This document shows positions 62,257-64,000 of a stretch of 64,000 nt of DNA, piece after piece; the first letter of the stretch is position 1, and the number at the start of each line of letters is the position of its first letter. A model generated the notes under the pieces. It worked only from the letters and a program-made list of their open reading frames with translations, searched no databases and was not told where the DNA came from. The stretch comes from Candidatus Rokubacteria bacterium RIFCSPLOWO2_02_FULL_73_56. GTDB lineage: Bacteria; Methylomirabilota; Methylomirabilia; Rokubacteriales; CSP1-6. The DNA lies in the NCBI GenBank assembly GCA_001788495.1, contig MGCF01000111.1, positions 9,101-73,100 of the forward strand, given 5' to 3'. The position numbers and the translations under genes were made by a program.

Positions 62257-63398
62257 TCGACCGGCAGCGGCTCGAGGCCGAGTTCCTCGACCTCGTCCGG
62301 ATCTCGAGCCCGTCCCGGCGTGAGGGGCGGATGGCCGAGCGGCTGCGGGCGACGCTCGCGGGCTTCGGCGTCCCGGTCGAGGAGGACGACGCGGGGCGGC
62401 GGGTCGGCGGCGAGGTCGGCAACCTGCTGGCGCAGCTCCCGGGCACCGCGGACGGCGCCCCGCCGCTCCTGCTGTGCGCGCACATGGACACGGTCGTGCC
62501 GTGCGAGGACGTCAGGCCCGTGGTGCGCGGCGACGTGGTCCGGACCGACGGCACCACGGTCCTGGGCGGCGACGACAAGGCGGGGATCGTCGCGATCCTG
62601 GAGGCGCTGCGCGTGGTCCGCGAGCGGGGGATCCCGCACGGCCCGGTGGACGTGCTGTTCACGATCTGCGAGGAGTTCGGGCTCCTCGGCGCCAAGCACT
62701 TCGACGTCGCGCGCCTGCGCGCCCGGAGCGGCCTCGTGCTCGACGTGGACGGCGTCGCCGAGCTCGTGACGCGGGCGCCCGCCGCGAACCGGATGGAATT
62801 CACCGTGCACGGCCTCGAGGCGCACGCGGGCGTCTGCCCGGAGCAGGGGATCAGCGCGATCCGGGTCGCGGCGGAGGCGATCGCCGCGATGCGGCTCGGG
62901 CGGATCGACGGGGAGACCACCGCGAACATCGGCCTGATCGAGGGCGGGCTCGCGGCCAACATCGTCCCGAACCGCGTGCGGCTCCGCGCCGAGGCGCGCA
63001 GCCTGAGCCTCGCGAAGCTCGACGCCCAGAGCCGCCACATGCGCGAGTGCCTCGAGCAGGCGGCCGGCCGGCACCGCGTCGCGCTGGACGGGCGCGAGCG
63101 CACCGCGCGGGTCGAGGCGCGGGTCGACCGGGACTACGACCGGCTCGCGCTCGGGGACGACGCGCGGATCGTCCGGCTCCTGCACCGCGCGGCGGCCGGG
63201 CTCGCCACGCCCTTCCGGACGCGCGCGACGGGCGGGGGCTCGGACGCCAACGTGCTCACCGGGCGCGGGCTCGAGGTCGCGAACCTCGCGTGCGGCATGC
63301 GCGCGATCCACACCGTCAACGAGTGGGTGGACGTCCGGGACATCGTCGCCACGGCGGCGCTGCTCGTCGAGACGCTCCGCCTCAACGCGACGACGTGA
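62253..63398 (+). CDS. M20/M25/M40 metallopeptidase (tripeptidase/PepT-like)
   Basis: GTGA overlap with the upstream gene. LLCAHMDTV, GGDDKAG, CEEFGLLG and GGGSDAN. Confidence 0.85.
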   Translation: MIDRQRLEAEFLDLVRISSPSRREGRMAERLRATLAGFGVPVEEDDAGRRVGGEVGNLLAQLPGTADGAPPLLLCAHMDTVVPCEDVRPVVRGDVVRTDGTTVLGGDDKAGIVAILEALRVVRERGIPHGPVDVLFTICEEFGLLGAKHFDVARLRARSGLVLDVDGVAELVTRAPAANRMEFTVHGLEAHAGVCPEQGISAIRVAAEAIAAMRLGRIDGETTANIGLIEGGLAANIVPNRVRLRAEARSLSLAKLDAQSRHMRECLEQAAGRHRVALDGRERTARVEARVDRDYDRLALGDDARIVRLLHRAAAGLATPFRTRATGGGSDANVLTGRGLEVANLACGMRAIHTVNEWVDVRDIVATAALLVETLRLNATT

Positions 63399-63405
63399 GG
63401 GGGCC

Positions 63406-64000
63406 ATGGGACTGCTGCTGAAGGGCGGCGAGGTGCTGGATCCGGGGGCGGGGCTTGGCGGAAGGCTCGACGTGCGGGTGCGCGACGGGCTGGTCACGGA
63501 GGTCGCCGCCGGGCTCGCGCCCGACGGCGACACGGTGCTCGACGTCACCGGGAGCCTCGTGCTCCCGGGGCTCATGGACCTGCACGCCCACTGCTTCATC
63601 GGCGGCTCGGACTTCGGCCCCCGCACGGACGACGTCGCACGCGCGACCGGCGTCACGACGTGGGTGGACGGCGGCTCGACGGGCGCCGGCACCTTCGAGG
63701 GCATGCGCGAGTGGGTGCTCTCGCGCTCGCGCGTGCGCATGCTCGCCTTCCTGAACATCTCGGCGATCGGCCTCATGTACCTCAAGATCGGCGAGCTGAA
63801 CCACCTCGCGTACGCCGACGTCGACGCCGCGATCGGCGCGGGGCGCGACCACCGCGATCTGATCGTCGGCGTCAAGGTGCGCAACCAGCTCGAGGTCGTG
63901 GGCGACGCCGGCGTGGAGCCGCTCCGCCGTGCCGTGCGCGCCGCGGACGCGCTGGGCGGCCGCGTCATGATCCACTGCACGAATCCGCCCGTGCCGATGG
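63406..64000 (+). CDS. Amidohydrolase-superfamily (dihydroorotase/deacetylase-like) protein, 3' end outside the window
   Basis: GAGGGGG RBS, then MGLLLKGGEVLDP...VLPGLMDLHAHCF (HxH metal motif). The frame stays open to the window edge, which is why the ORF track does not list it. Confidence 0.75.
   Translation, partial: MGLLLKGGEVLDPGAGLGGRLDVRVRDGLVTEVAAGLAPDGDTVLDVTGSLVLPGLMDLHAHCFIGGSDFGPRTDDVARATGVTTWVDGGSTGAGTFEGMREWVLSRSRVRMLAFLNISAIGLMYLKIGELNHLAYADVDAAIGAGRDHRDLIVGVKVRNQLEVVGDAGVEPLRRAVRAADALGGRVMIHCTNPPVPM

Noticed and set aside
1-64000. A search for CRISPR arrays, tRNA/rRNA genes, transposases, integrases, reverse transcriptases or recognisable anti-phage defence operons.
   Set aside because: None was found by eye. 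There are no regularly spaced direct repeats and no cloverleaf-like conserved tRNA segments in the intergenic regions. The only toxin-type module is the VapBC pair. Dedicated tools (tRNAscan, CRISPR finders, defence-system HMMs) should confirm this.

Overview
Very GC-rich, gene-dense bacterial chromosomal segment. I call about 65 protein-coding genes and one TPP riboswitch. I recognised no rRNA, tRNA, CRISPR array, transposase or integrase. Because of the GC content almost every real gene is shadowed by long stop-free ORFs in other frames. Calls therefore rest on recognisable family motifs, start/RBS context and translational coupling (ATGA/GTGA overlaps), not on ORF length.

Layout from left to right:
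- 1-8 kb: TctA/TctC transporter genes, def, a ferritin-like pair, a SirB1-like protein, and an M48 / zinc-ribbon-DUF898 / M48 membrane protease trio.
- 8-15.7 kb: a PhnD-like binding protein, histidine kinase and NarL-type regulator, followed by a Tat-exported molybdopterin oxidoreductase operon (catalytic subunit, 4x[4Fe-4S] subunit, dihaem cytochrome c, TorD-like chaperone plus a truncated second chaperone copy).
- 15.7-29.2 kb, all minus strand: an IclR-headed catabolic island with two UbiD decarboxylases, an amidohydrolase_2 enzyme, a ThDP enzyme, a TAXI-TRAP transporter, a CoA ligase and an aminotransferase, interrupted by a VapBC toxin-antitoxin pair.
- 29.3-35.2 kb: a second TAXI-TRAP cluster with racemase-like, enolase-superfamily and FAD oxidoreductase genes.
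- 35.3-41.6 kb: a secreted coiled-coil protein, a frameshifted AidB-like acyl-CoA dehydrogenase, and a GATase / CoA ligase / thiolase / DUF35 operon.
- 41.6-41.8 kb: a 242-bp long inverted-repeat element.
- 41.8-49 kb: mutT/mutY-like repair genes, ygfZ-like, a DUF255 thioredoxin-like protein, an AhpD/CMD-family gene with an in-frame TGA at the redox-motif cysteine (selenocysteine candidate), and a 4CL-like ligase.
- 49.2-50.9 kb: a lower-GC patch with gene remnants.
- 50.9-64 kb: acs-like, riboswitch-controlled thiSGE, and housekeeping hydrolases (tldD/pmbA, tatD, M20 peptidases).

The items most worth follow-up are the selenoprotein candidate, the sensor plus Mo-oxidoreductase plus cytochrome c module with no membrane anchor, the long inverted repeat, and the decarboxylase-rich island. 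The taxon cannot be determined from this window. The gene content (Bug/TctC, TAXI-TRAP, UbiD, amidohydrolase_2, very high GC) only suggests an uncultured soil-type lineage, and that is inference.
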